A stretch of 64,000 nucleotides of DNA from Klebsormidium nitens (Eukaryota > Plantae > Klebsormidiophyceae): the NCBI GenBank assembly GCA_000708835.1, contig DF237155.1, forward strand, positions 1 through 64,000, in the 5' to 3' direction. How positions within the stretch are numbered: position 1 is the stretch's first letter; each line of letters opens with the position of its first letter. The notes beneath the pieces were generated by a model. The model did no database searches. It was given only the letters and a program-made list of their open reading frames with translations, and was not told where the DNA came from. Shown here in pieces: positions 35,400-48,900 of the stretch. A program made the translations under genes and the position numbers.

Positions 35400-38300
35400 A
35401 TGGACCTACGCGCAGCACTCTTTCTGCTGGCAGTGATCCCCATTTTGACGGTGAAGGCTTATAGTGGTAATGGTACCAACTTCTGCAAGGCAGCGGGGTT
35501 CGCTGAGGCGGACTGCATTGCTGACCTGGAGAGTTACGCCACACAGGCGTCGTCTAAGCACCAGCCGTACTACCACAAGTCGATGCTGCCCTATCACGCT
35601 TGGAATCACGCCTTCCAGTATGGCCACAGTGCCCGGATGTTCCTGAAGAAGTACGGGGGCGTAGATCTGAACGCGTCCCTGTTTGATGAGGCCATTGCGC
35701 TGGCGGGCTTCTTCCACGACATTGGGTATCCCATGGTCATGGGCTTCAATGGCTACAGCATGAAGCAGGTATGGATTTACTACTAAGTACTAGCTTTTAA
35801 GCTATCTGGGCTACATTCTCAGTGAGCAGGTGGGTAGGTCGCTTGACTGCATAAATTGCTGCGAGGTTCATGACGAATCCTCACGGAAGCACTTAGGTGG
35901 GAGAAAGTGACGTTTTGAGATCGTGGTCAAGCGTCAGATCTTCAATCCTTACTTTCACGGTGGGTGTCGATGTACTTGGCCTCACCTACAGGATGTATTT
36001 GATCGAAAGTGTGTGCCTCAAAAAGATGATTCTGGGTTCAGAGAATACTGTATAACATCATCTGGCTGCAAATTCTTCAAAAGGTTTCCCTTCACCTCCA
36101 AACCCTTTGTTTGTTTTGATGAGTTCGAATGATTTGAAGCCCTTTCGCCCTCGCGGCCAGAATAAAAAGTCCAAATGCACTCCGTTTGTCGGCTGGCTTG
36201 AAAAGCTTAGGCAAGTGTGGCACTTTGCTCGCCAGACTACGCCAGATTGCAAAGTGTGGCAGCTATTCAGCGTCTCGGATATCAAGCGCCGCTCTGCTTT
36301 TTCCCAGTCCTATCCATAGTGGTTCTAGTCAGGCCTTTTTCCTCTTCTGCTGATTTGCGGCTGCATGGCCACACTTTCCAAATTGTGAACTTCCACTTCT
36401 GAACAAGTCAACCCGGTTTATCGCTCTGACGGTCTCAATTTTCTCGTCAGGTGTGGGCCCCTTGTAAGACCCCCCACCCGATCCCCCGCGCCGGCCCTGG
36501 CGCCCTTGGCCGTTACGACATCTATGGGACCCACTGCATTGGGAACACCTTTGGACGCATCCCCTTATACCGAGAAGGGCACGAGTCGTACTCGCTCAAG
36601 CTGTACCTCGAGACCTTTGCGACCAACGAACCAGAACTGCCCCCCCAGTTTCTGGAACTCCGGGAACCCCGCTACATGATCCTCACTGCGCTAAACATCG
36701 CTTGCTCAAAGTGGAACGCGACGGAAGGGACGGGGGCTGAGGAGGCGCTCCTCGAGCTGAGTGCGGGGTACCCTTTGGCGGCCGATTTGGAGATCAATGT
36801 TGAGACGTGTGAGACCAGCCCGCTGAGACCAGACATGGCGCTCGGCCAGGTGAACGACAAGTGGCGGCAAATCCTGAACTGCGTGAGGGACAATCTGGAG
36901 CAGATTAATGGTTTCTCCCGAACCAGCCTGGCATGTAGTGCGGCGCGATACGCCGACTTTGCGAACGTGTTTCAGGAGGGGTTCATCTGTTACACGACAA
37001 ACCTGTGGGCTGAGTATGCCACGTATGGGGGGGCAAGAGCCAACTCGGAGCATACTGCTCCAGACCCGAGCAAGGACGGGGTTCTAGGACAGGAGCAGTA
37101 CTTCTTCTGGAACAACGAGGTGCGCTTCATCAAGGAGATCACAGGTGAGACTAGCTGACGCAGACCGCTGGTGTCCAGTAATTAGTGGGTATCTCTATTG
37201 AAACAATCTACCCATAGTCTGATTGATGAAAGATTTGGTAGACTGAGGTGTTCGCGCAAGGAAGTTCCCTCATAACCACTTCATCGGTACAACAGGTTCT
37301 GCAGGTTCTTCTTTCCACACCGAAAGCAGCACCCTCCGTTGAAATCTAGAGCCCTCAGCCCGTAGAATCGCAGAATGGCTGAGTGACGACCAAGAATTTC
37401 GCCGTCCAAATTTTGACGTCGAAAAACGAACGCTCAGGATCTTTCGTATGTACTTGGTTAGGTCCGGTTTGTCCGAACCTACTATCGGAACCTGTCCTGC
37501 CAAGGCTTCCGACCCCTGTCTAAACCCTGCAGACTGGAGTCCTATATTGAGATCGGATGGTAGCGCTGCGCTTTCTTCCAGCAAAGTTTTGCGGTCCGCC
37601 TGTCAGAACGGATGGAAGGAGAACGCGGACTGCAGTTTGCAGTCCGAGACCCCCACACCGGATGGTACTGTTCAGTTTGCGCGCGTGGGATTGATGCAAG
37701 GCTAGCTGGCCACGCGCGCGACCTAGCATGCCCATAACGTAACTCAAAGCCTGCTGCTGACCGACCAGCCCGACTTCCACCGAGCGCTCGAATGCAGTCA
37801 TTTAGCCCTGGCACCATGCTCCCAGTTGCCGAACAAACGACCCGGTGACCCGGAATGTACGGTAACCAGCTTAAATTGACTTGCGGGTGCAGGGTACCAA
37901 CCGGTGTGGGGGTCCAGAAAGGAGAACTGGAGTCCACGTTCTCCTTCCATGCGTTCTGTCAGACGGTGCTCTCGTTCTTGCCTTCCCTCAACTGCGTCCC
38001 CATTCTGCCACAGAGGAGTACGTTGTGGGCCCCGACTTCCAGCCGCTCAACGGGCGCTACACCCCGGATGACGTTGCGAGCATCAAGAAGGCGCTCGCAG
38101 ACACGGTGGTCATTCGCGACCGCGTAAACCAACTGTACGCGTCTGCGCCCAACGGCTCGTCCGTCTACCTGAGCGACATCCATGCGCTAGAGGCCATCCC
38201 GCTCTTTGAGACTAGCTGCAACTTCGTGGATTATGCATACCGGACACGGCAACTAATGGGTGAGTTGTGCTTCGTGATGTGGGTTTGTTTGTTAACTAGC

Positions 38301-38952
38301 AAGACTGGATCGAGTGATTTTGCGGGGCTCGGGCTAGTGGCATGGACATTTGTTCTGTCCAGGATCGTGTCTTTGATGGGCCCGGCGCTTGTGAACAGAG
38401 GGGCGTCTCTTCACAGGGCCCACCTCCCCGCTTTGCAGTTCTCTGTAGGAACCCAGGCTTGGATTTCGTCGCATAAACGGATACCAAATTCTTATGATTG
38501 AACGCTTCATGGTGGCTCATACTTACGTCATGCTCGGTGCGGTCTCCCCGATTGTGACATCTTCGTTTCTTCTCTCTTTGCTCCACGGCTCTTTTCCTGC
38601 AAAGCGAGTCTTGGCTCAGATACTTTCACCTTGCTTTCTGTGCTTCACGGCTTCCTGCAAACCGAGTCTCTGCTCAGACACTTCCCTCTGGCGCTTCGCT
38701 CCAGGTCTCGCCGCGTACCTCCCGATGTGGGCGGCAGCCGCGCACCTGCAGGCGCAGGACGCTCTCCAGACGAGCCCCGTGATCTGGACCCTCGTCGCGT
38801 TTGCGGTCACGATCACCGCGGGCCTGCTGATTCTGGTCGTGTATCGCTTCGCGACGACCAAGAAGGGCAAGGCGCAGGGGTTGCGAGACAAGCTGCAGGA
38901 GATGGAGATGCTCGTCAAAAAGCCGGCGCGGGAAGCCTCGCACTCGGTCTAG
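35400..38952 (+). CDS. Type I membrane protein with a luminal/extracellular HD/PDEase-like metal-dependent phosphohydrolase domain (about 518 aa, 4 exons)
   Basis: Phase-compatible exons 35400..35768, 36451..37144, 38014..38259 and 38705..38952 total 1557 nt. Signal peptide MDLRAALFLLAVIPILTVKA. HD-type motifs LPYHAWNHAF, LAGFFHDIGYP and ARYADFAN. C-terminal TM VIWTLVAFAVTITAGLLILVVY followed by a basic tail. Confidence 0.75.
37606..37956. mobile_element. MITE-like non-autonomous element, copy 1 (351 bp), in intron 2 of the HD-domain gene
   Basis: Imperfect TIRs of about 65 bp (GAACGGATGGAAGGAGAACGCGGACT...GACCCCCACACCGG..GTAC and its reverse complement at the right end). Flanked by a direct TGTCA on both sides (37601-37605, 37957-37961). 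Near-identical to 60657..61007. Confidence 0.85.
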
Positions 38953-40078
38953 AAGCGGTGTCTGGTGTTGGTAAGAGTATTGTTGTGACAGCTCGCGGGT
39001 TGGAGAACGAGTCTCCCATGAGCCAGGGGGACTTGAACGAAGCCGTTGTCCAGATGTCAGACTAAGACCGTCCATTCGCTTATTTATAACCGGTTATCAA
39101 ATGCAGGACGTATTGTGTATCATATTTACAGAAGGCAGGGGCCGCCTTCTAATTGAGTTAGGAAACGTATCAGTGTTGAAGCCAGTGCTTTGAAGAGTTT
39201 GTTTCCGTAAGCAGACAGTTCAGTGACACTCCTTGATGACAAAGCTGGCCACCCTGCGGTCTGGCCTGGGCTTATCGTCCTGAAAATCTACAGTCTGAAA
39301 GCTTCGGCACTCGTGCTCGGTATACTTCTTGCAGTACCCATTCATAAACTTTTCGTCGTCCGGCCATGTGCATAAGTCCATGTGATTTCCGGACTCATAA
39401 GAAGCCGGTTCTGAGCTGCATCAGACAATTTCAAAATCACCTTGGCATCAAATCAGGCTTCAGTGCTCGAACATATGCTGCACTACGCATGTCAGTACCA
39501 TTGCCCTGAGCATGTGGATTTCTAAAGTTTTTAATGACAAGTCATGCGGCGGCCGCGAGTCTCAGAAAAATATAGAGCTGCCGGAAAAATGATCACATGT
39601 GCCGTATATTTGTCTATAGGGCCTATCGCTCGCATATTGCTGCATGCGCACGTGGTTTACAACTGGCACACGTATACGCGCGCCGTGCATGATATCTTAG
39701 TATACAAACGGTTGCATCATGCGCTTCCAAGGACATGCCACCGTCTTTTCTGCAGCTCTAGGCGGCTGGCTTACATACGTCAGTAAGTATGTACGTTTTG
39801 CCTGGCCGGCCTGTATACGTGCCTTAGCATGTGCTGAACGAGTCTGTTGATGCATATGACAATCGTCGTTAAGCAGACCTCTTTGGCCCTGCAAACGCAT
39901 CATGCACTCCCTCCTGATCGACCTCACGACCTTTCTCTTCGTTGTGCCTTGGTCAAGGCCAGCTTCTGTGTCCAAAACCTGTGCACTTCAATCGTCCATT
40001 ATAGGTGTCAAAATATTAAGTATGCGACCGAGTCTATATAAGATACAATGAGAGGACAACACGGGGATGCCCCTGCCG

Positions 40079-43000
40079 TCATCTGAGATCGAGGACCTCC
40101 ACTCCTAGTTGCGCGTCCATCTTCACATGCCCCGCCTGTTCGTAGATTGGGCTCCCGTCGGGGGGGTTGTCGTGAGGGTGAAAACCCCGCCGTTGACAGT
40201 TCCCAACCACTTTCAAGCCCCCCGGGTCCGACAGCCTAAAAACGCCGTACTTTCGTTGACTATCTGTGGGGGCGCAAACTATGGCGATAGCCTCTGGGGA
40301 CATCACCTGTGGGCATGAAACAAGGGGCCGGTCAGAAAAACCGGCCGATGGAATAGACGCCTCATGCTCAAGCGGCGCACTCTCTGCCAACGCTTGCAAC
40401 CGACGCCTGACAGCATGACCCTCGGATGCCGTTTTGAGCTTATAAGCGGATAAAGTCGCCTGCACATACCCAAGGCGCTCGTCCTTCCAATCGAGCTGTA
40501 CCTGGCAACAGTACATGACGTCAATTGAAAGAGGTGACTTCTCGTCTAGATGCAATATCAGACACAGCAGCTAAGGCAGTACTGCATTTGGCCTCAACAG
40601 GCCCCAAAACTTCCACCCGCCCAGATTACGCCCCTGAGAAGCCCTAAAACCCGAAAAGCAGCCTCCTGGCTTGCGTTCAAAGATAAGATGCTCGCACACG
40701 AGCTGATAGAAGCGAGCTCGGCTCTGCAAAACGCAACAATCACAGACTCTTGGCGGGCATCTCTATTCAGTCGAGTCGTGCCGGCGCGTTTGCGCACCTG
40801 GTACGAGTAGTGCGTGTGCAGGTCGATGGAGGACATGAAGCAGGTCTGCGTGGGGTGCGTGTGGATCCAGCCCAGCTGGAACAGCCCGCGCGCGTCTTGC
40901 GCCTCAAAGATCTCCTCCTCGTTGATGGTGCTGCACGAGTCGCTGGTGGCCTCCTGCTTGGGCACCACCAGCGTGCTGATCGTGAACACGCCCCGCGACA
41001 GCGTGCCTGCCAACACCGCGCACGTCTCCAGGTTCTTGCGCGTGTTCGCCTGGGCCACCCTGCACAGCGGACGGCCGGCGCGTGTTAGCGGTGAGGCCCG
41101 AACTGCTCGAATGGAGAAGAGGTCTGTGCAGCAAACGGGCTCGCAATAGCGACAAACAACGACACGGCTTGCACCCATAGAGAACACAGGCATGTCACAC
41201 AACTTGCTCCTAGGAGGAGGTTGGTTTGAAGCGTGACTGGAAGTGGCTCAGAAACGGGGTAAGGATCCTTTCAAAGAACTGAAGTGGGGCCACGTCCAAA
41301 CCAAAACTTCAAGAAAGGTAGCATGCTTTCTTTCTGGAAGAACGGCAGCCTCAAACACTGTGCAAGCGTCGTAAGAAATGGCCCCTCTAAAACTAGCGCT
41401 CAGTCCGCCTCGCTCGTTCCGTCTCGAGCATTCATCCTCTGCTTTCTGCCTCTTGCAGGTTCCAGCGCGAGCCAACGCCCACATGGCGACTTCCCGTCAC
41501 GCATGGAGCAGTTGGAAACAGGCAGCCACAAAATGCTCAAGCGATGGTTAAACTTGTTCGGGTAACAGAATCCCTGCAATTGGCATACCTGAGGAACTCT
41601 TCCAGGATGCGGTGCGAAAAGTGCACCGGCTTGGGCCCCTTGAGGTCGTCAAACTCGACGGGGGGCCCGGGCCGGGGGTCGGCCACGTCGTGGGGGGACG
41701 GCTGGGGGGAGTCGACGGGCTGCGCGATCTGGAGCCGCGTGCACGGGGACGGTCTACCGGGGGGGGGCTGGGGCTGGGGGGTGAGGGGGACCTCGGGGGC
41801 CATGTCGAGGGGCTGCAGGGCAACGAGGGGGTCAGAAAGTGGTCGTAGTACGTAAACATGCCGAGTTGAAGTGGTCAGCTGAGCGTACTAAGAGGACAGG
41901 CATATTGGTAAGAGAAAGGTAACGCTCTGGTGTCCTCCTGGCACGGTCCCTGGCCTTTCTCGGCTGTCTCAATCTCAAAAGACCACTGCAAGTCCTCACA
42001 AACTGAACTCACGACGAGCAGATACTATTAGAGAAGAAGTCTTTCCTCAATCGACCGCGGCTGGCAAGGAAAGCCAGCGCGTAATCTAGGATTTAAGTGA
42101 TCAACAAAACGGGGTAGGGACCTTCAATATGGGTCATTTTCGGCTTACCAGGGCGGGCTTGGGTTGTTGCAGCTCCATAACACTCGGGGTAGAGGACCCC
42201 GAGGACGACGGCCGCTCCTCCAGGCGGAGGTTTAACAGGTCGGGGACAGTCACTGGGGACGAATCAATCGCACTGGGGTATGACACCTGCGGAAAAATCA
42301 GAAGAGGGCTAAGCGAAGGCTGACCCCGTAGCGATCTCTGATTGCATGCCAAACGTCAGGGCCAGAAGGCTAGGAGAGTCTTTTTCCAGAGTTGAAATTG
42401 AGGCTAGCAGAAATGAAGTCCTTCCTGCAGCAATTCGAACTGTTTGTGGCGATCCGTTCCGCCTCCAACGTCCATATTACAATAATGCGAACTCAAGTAC
42501 CTCTCTGGTCAAATCATGGCCGCCTTTGACCCAACTGCACAAAACCCCGTTCTTTGACCACTGCAAAAAGCTGGTGCAGAGCTACTACGACAACGTATCA
42601 ACATGCAACCTCAGAGAGGCCCTACCTTTTGTGGCAGTACTTCGTGATGCGGTCGCTGCCTCTGGGCGGGCAGCCCAAGGAAGGAGTGCCGCGAGAGCGT
42701 TTCTTCACGGGCGGGGAGGTACGAGCTGTATGACGTGGAGGTGGACATGGAAGAGTAGCTGGGGGTGAAACTAGCGTAGTTTGGTGCGTAACTGGTGGAC
42801 GTGCTGGCCGAGTAGCCGGTGTAGCTCGGGACGGTTCCCGTAAGGAGGTCCATCTGGCCGGAGGGAGGACGGGAGACGTATGCGCCAGCTGGCTGCGGAA
42901 ACAACGAGAAGAGAATGGCGGGTTAGCAATTACTTGAGTTCATTGTCCAGAGAGACCATGATAAAGTAGAAAGCCTCCCGGTGGGGGTTGGACTCGCTGC

Positions 43001-44852
43001 TACCGGACGCTAGGCAACGACAACAAGGCTTCCACCGATCGAATTCCTGGATAGCGATTTGGTGAGGGCATGTACTTACAAAACTCAACGGATACAGCCT
43101 CAGCGGTCAGATCGAGCACAGAAGCGTCGTCGACGCTGCTTTAGGAGGCCTCACTAGTCAACATATCACACTCATCACTCTACACCCGAAGTCAGTTGGC
43201 CCATGTTGCGACGCCCAACGGGCCTGGCGACTGAAAAGAGGCAATTGGCTCCTAGCGCTCCACAATGGCCCCGACAAACGGCTTCCCCGTATCAGAACTA
43301 GAAGAGAGTGGCTGGCACGTCACTCACTCGACCGTTGGGTGGGGGACTTGGAAGATAGATTGGCGGATCGTCGTCTGTTGACGAGTCCAAAGCGACAGGC
43401 GGCCAAGCATAAGGGTCTCTCCGCTCGGGCCGCTGCCCCGGCCAGCTTTTGAGGCGGCGCTCCTCATTCTTCAGCTCCTCCATCTTGCGCTTGAGGTCCG
43501 GCTTCAGGCGCTCCAGCTCAGGGAGTACCTCCTTGAGGAGAATCTGTGACACGTGAACGACAGAATGAGGTGGAAGCAACAGGCACAGGAGTCTGCGGCG
43601 GCCTTAGAAAGTTTCAACTTTGTCTTTGCATCAACTTAACTCATCGAGCACGAACGGTTGTGCTAAGAGCTGTGCTTTTCAGCAACAACTCACCTTTCTG
43701 AAGTCCACCTTCTCTTTGGAGTAGCCGGCGCTGTTGTAATCATCGTGCTTCGAAATTGTATCCGCGACCATACTGTACGAGAAAGAAGCAGGGTGTCAAT
43801 TCCCGCTGAAAGGAAGCAACCCTTTTCTTTGAGTGCCAAATGGGCTCCACAAGCAATCCGCAAACGACTAGACTGCTGCAGCAATTGAGCAATGGCCAGG
43901 TAGCTTGTCTAGATCTTTAAAGGTGGCACATGGAGATTCAACAAGACATTAGGCTGGGCAAGGCATTTGGGAGCGCAACTTACTTTGCAAAGCGCATGAG
44001 CATGACGTACAACTCTGGCAGGTTCTGCTCGTACCGATACACCGCAGCCTGCACAAGGGGGGTACGGGCAAGCCGTCCAACTTAGTGTAGTGCACCAAGT
44101 GCGGCACCTTATAACTCTAAAAATACCACGGATCAAAGTTGCCCAATGAAGTAGGTCACAAGCGTCTTGTCTCAGAGCATTTCGACTCCAGCCTGAACAT
44201 ACTTAGAAGCACAATGTCTGGTCTTTCGTCACTCTCTCCTTGCTGGCGACTCACAAAGAGACAAAGGGACATGTCTGATGCTGAATGAAGCTGGCGACGC
44301 AGAGGCCTGAAATGCAGCTTTGGGGCTTTGGAAACTAACTGTCCCGATCAGGATCCAAGAGTGGACTATCTAAGCAAGGTTGCGTCCTTCAGCAAGTCTA
44401 CAGGGGCTCGTTGGAAGGTCTAGGAAACAAATAGGCAGTACGTCCTGCGAGTTTTCACCTTTTGAAAGCAACTGCAAGACTTTCCTCCGAACGGCTTACA
44501 GTGGCGACATGTGGTTCAACACGTGACCACAATGATCATTCTTCCTATATCCAAATCCATCAGCGGACTGCCGACGCCACTGGTTTTGTCCAATTGTCAC
44601 CACTTTCAGAAGCTAAAATACTTCCAGGTGGGGACAGTCCTCAACATTTCTCATTTGAACAAAGTTCAATCTGAAGCCCAACCTGCACCACTTTCATGGT
44701 ACTTCAGGAACAAAGTAACCCCTCACCTGCTTGAGCAGACCGTTTGCGGTCCGGTAGTAAAACTTCAAGGGCAGCCTCTGGTTCAAAAAAATGGGCCTGT
44801 CCGACTCCTGGAGGGCCTTGGCATACTCCTGCCATCGGGGCCCGCCCCCCAT
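40079..44852 (-). CDS. AMSH: AMSH-like K63 deubiquitinase (USP8-dimer/MIT-like N-terminus + JAMM/MPN+ domain)
   Basis: First exon MGGGPRWQEYAKAL...LPLKFYYRTANGLLKQ, then MVADTISKHDDY and LKEVLPELERLKP. JAMM exon NTRKNLETCAVLAG...PKQEATSDSC...LGWIHTHPTQTCFMSSIDLHTHYSYQ. Last exon EAIAIVCAPTD...YGVFRLSDPGG...GFHPH...VLDLR* with stop at 40079. Confidence 0.93.
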
Positions 44853-45917
44853 CTTGGCAGCAATCTTCTGTAACCCTAATTGCGCAATTGAAGCTGCAAC
44901 GTCCCAGCTAGCAGGGTGTCAACTGGGCTCTGATGGAGATAGTCAGGAACAATCACCACTGACTGTAGAAGGTGTCAATTGCAGCGCGCAGGTGGCGAGC
45001 ACCTCGCGAGCACTTCTTCGAAGGGCAGTCTCTCCACAACCGAGGCATTTGACTTGATCAAGGTGGAAACAAACCCCTGCTGAGAGATGGCTGATCTAGG
45101 AACTGTTCGAAAGTCTGGTTGCAGGAGAAAGAACCCAAGAGGCCCTTCACGTCTAGACGCCAAGAGCGCCACAGCTACCCCTAGCTGCACCACGTACTGA
45201 CTTTGCAAAGTTTCCTCCCACCATGTGTACATACGGTTCAGACTGTATCATTATTTACAGTACCTTTGTTACACATCTGGCATGCAGTGTTCCCTGTTCG
45301 TTACCCCCTTCCCAGGAGGTGATCATGCTCGAAGTACCGGTGATCAGCCGGTTCTCGTGGTAATCCCCACCAGGCCATCGACCGACTGGGCAGTGGGACT
45401 GCGCTTTTCTGACCGGTTGAAAATTACCGACGGCACCATGCAGTCCCCGGTCTATTATCGCGCTAGCTCTTTAATATTCGAAAGCAATTTCTGGCGTAGT
45501 AGGGGGCTTCATCTTCAGGCAGCGAAGCGCTCCCTCGGCTGCTCCCAGTTGGCCGCTTGCAAGCAATGGCGCAGATAAGTTGATCTGAGGACAGCATGCT
45601 GCTGCATTGGGCAGCAATGTAAAAGGAAAGCACACTGAGTTTCCTGGGCCATGGTTGATGGGTCCATAAAAGCACACCATTGCACGAGGCAGTGTCACTA
45701 GCATGGACGCTCAGAGCATGGACGCTTAGAAGACGCGACATAAATAAGAGTCCTCACCAACAGTCGCTGAGGAGCTGAGGAGTCTAGAGAACTCAACTTC
45801 TTCAAGCTCCTTGCCCTAAATCATTGAATACCAAGGATAATTGCAAGCGTGACCACTTAGGAGCGGGTCAATCAGCAAGTGGTCAGCTGCCTGGTGGCTT
45901 GAGATTGCGAGTGAACC

Positions 45918-48900
45918 ATGCCGCGCTATGCGCAGCTGGTCATTGGACCTGCTGGAAGTGGCAAGGTGAAAGTTCGAAGGCTGCACTTTTGCGACATTCA
46001 TGGTGGCATGCTTGTGGCATGAATGATCTTTAGTAGTGATCTCTTTAGGAAAGTGGTGGTATTCTGTAAGTGGTGGTATGCTGAAGTGGTGGTATGCTTA
46101 GTGGTGGTATAAGTGGCCCAAAAACCAACTCTCTAAACTGTGCCACCACATGCTTAGATAGATAACAAAGAGACAGTGCGAGCCAGAGCATGTAAGACTC
46201 AGACAGGTCAGGACCCAGATCGGGTTCCGCGTGTTTGAAGAGGGTCCTGGGGCGTTGCAAGGCTGCAGGAGGTGACTTCGCAGCATCAATCCAGTTTCTT
46301 CACTTAATTGTGGTTCTTTGGCGATTCAAAGGAAGGCTATGGCAACAACTGATTGTTGGAAGGTACTTTGGAGCCAAAGGGGTCCTCTATTATTGTCACC
46401 GCTCCTCAGTTGGTATCACTCTCCGCCTTTTTCTGCAGTTCAAGGTGACTGATGCTGAACGTATGACACCCACTTTTCAAGACAGTTCCTCACAAGCGCC
46501 ATCATCTCTCATGCCACACGTTTTCTCAAGTTTCTGAGTCCCATCTGTGCAGTCCACCTACTGCACCAACGTGCACCAACACTGCCAAAGTGTTGGCAGG
46601 GAGGTGTCTATCATCAACTTGGACCCAGCTGCTGAGCATTTTGACTACCCAGTGGCGGTCGGTGAGTCTTTCGAACCGGCTCCGCTCTTTGTCTTGGAAT
46701 GCTGTCGTGCTTGTATGGCCAATCCTTCTGAGGGAAACCTCCATTTTCCGGCAGATGCATAAGTGGCTCTGGAGATGTATTTCCCGACAAGGCTCAGTGA
46801 TTGCTTGACGACCACCATTTTGATATTGGGAGGACTGAGGATCCTTCTGAGAGACGCCTACAGGCAGTCAGACTCTTAGTGCTCGGTCAAGGCATCAAGC
46901 GTGTCGTGACCCGTCATTTTTCACAACCTTTGGGTACTTAAGATCTGTGAGCATCCTCCATGTTTCCTGAGGGGTGTTTTTTCTTTCCTTTACACCTGTG
47001 CATAGATTTGTTGCAGAGTTGAATACCAACGCCAGGGACAGAAGCAACGTTTTGCTTACTGTTGACATCACTTTACGTTTTCGAGTAAGACCTTCCGAGA
47101 CTCGAGCTTGGTTTTGGTGCTGGCGCAGACATCCGTGAGCTCATCTCGCTGGAGGACGTGATGGAGGAGCTGCAGCTGGGCCCCAACGGGGGGCTCGTCC
47201 ACTGCATGGAGTACCTGGAGGAAAACCTGGAGGTCTGGCTCGCCGACGAGCTCCAAAACTTTGCAGAAGACGACTACATCGTGAGTTCCGCAGCATTCTG
47301 GGTTGATTGAAGCTATGCTTTTTCGCCTGACTGGTTCGAACTAGTGGGACTACTTGCAGAGTGTGGATGTGTGGTTGCGCGTTTGCTTCCCTGGACGTTG
47401 TATCCGTACTCACCAAGGTCCAACAGCTCTAAATTCCGGCTTGAACATGTTGCAACTGTGAAGGTTTTGAAGTTCGGCGCGCAGGGCAGTCTTTGACCCT
47501 CAGTGTTTGGCATCAACGCCTTGCACATACGAGATGCGTTCAAAAGTACTTTTATGGTGCTAGACACTCCTCACCTCTAGGCTAGCTTTCTCGCTCCTAG
47601 TGACAGGTGGAAACGGCGCCTCACTTTTTTCCGAACAGTTCTGCCTTTTAGAAAACTGTCAAGTAAAACGACGTGCCACTCACTTGCTCGTAATCGTTCT
47701 AGTTTCTCGCTATTGAAGCGACGAGAAAGGAATTAACTTTTCCTTCCGCTTTAGGTAAGGCAGCATGGCTTACGCTCAACTGTCCGTCGTGCGAGTCGAG
47801 AAAACTCACAGCCTTGCACCTTTTATATCACATGCCGTGCTCTGCGTCCTGCTGCAGATCTTTGACTGCCCCGGCCAGATTGAGCTCTACTCGCACGTGC
47901 CCGTGCTGCGCACCTTCGTGGACCAGCTGAAGCAGTGGGACTTCCGGATATGCGTCGTCTACCTTATGGACTCGCAGGTGGGCGCATTTAAGCGGGCTTG
48001 TGCGACTGCGAGAAGAAAGAAACAAAAATGGGGGCTCGGAGATCTTCTTGGTCTCCCTCGAGAGAGACTTCTTTCAAGAATATCAAGGTTTCGTCGGATG
48101 CCTTGTTTGCGAATTTTGAAGTATCAGTGAACTCGCAACCCACATATCGTCGAGTAGGGTAATTTATGAGGAACCGAACGATGTTTCTGGAGTTGTTTGA
48201 CCCATGATGAAAGGAGCTTGTTACTTTGTCTAGAGGCCCCAACGTCATTTTGATCTGAGAAAGCTCTGAACCGAGTAGTTCGTTTATCCGGTGGAAAGCA
48301 CGAGCATACGAAGGAACTGTTATGGACCAAGAGATGCGCAATTTTCTGGCACCCCTCGGCGTTACGGGTTTTACTATCGGAATCTCCGCCTGCATTCTCC
48401 TCTCCTCCGTTGCAACCGGAGGAGCCCTGCACTCCCTCCTGGATCAAGCGGCCGCTCAGGCTCGCCCCTTTTCCTCACCGCAAGCGCTTTTTGATCTCGC
48501 TTGCTTAAAGCCGACCACATCGCCCTTCTCTTTCCGTCCTTGACGGAAGTCTCACCCCTTCTCTTCCCCCCCAGTTTGCTGCTGACGTGCCCAAGTACAT
48601 CAGCGGCTGCCTGGCGTCGCTCTCGGCGATGGTGCAACTAGAGGTGGCGCACGTGAACGTGCTGAGCAAGGTGGACCTGCTGCCGGACCGGCGCGAGCTG
48701 GACAGGTTCCTGGACCCGGACGTCCGCCTCCTGCTCGCGGACCTCAACCGCGACATGCCGCCCCAGTTCAGCAAGCTTAACACGGCCATCGCCGGCCTGG
48801 TAAGTACTGCGTTGGAAGAGCTGCTGCCGTAAGCCGGAATTACAAGCGGCAGCTCATGATCACGGAGTTGAAGATCAAGTGCATTGAGTGCTGAGGAACG

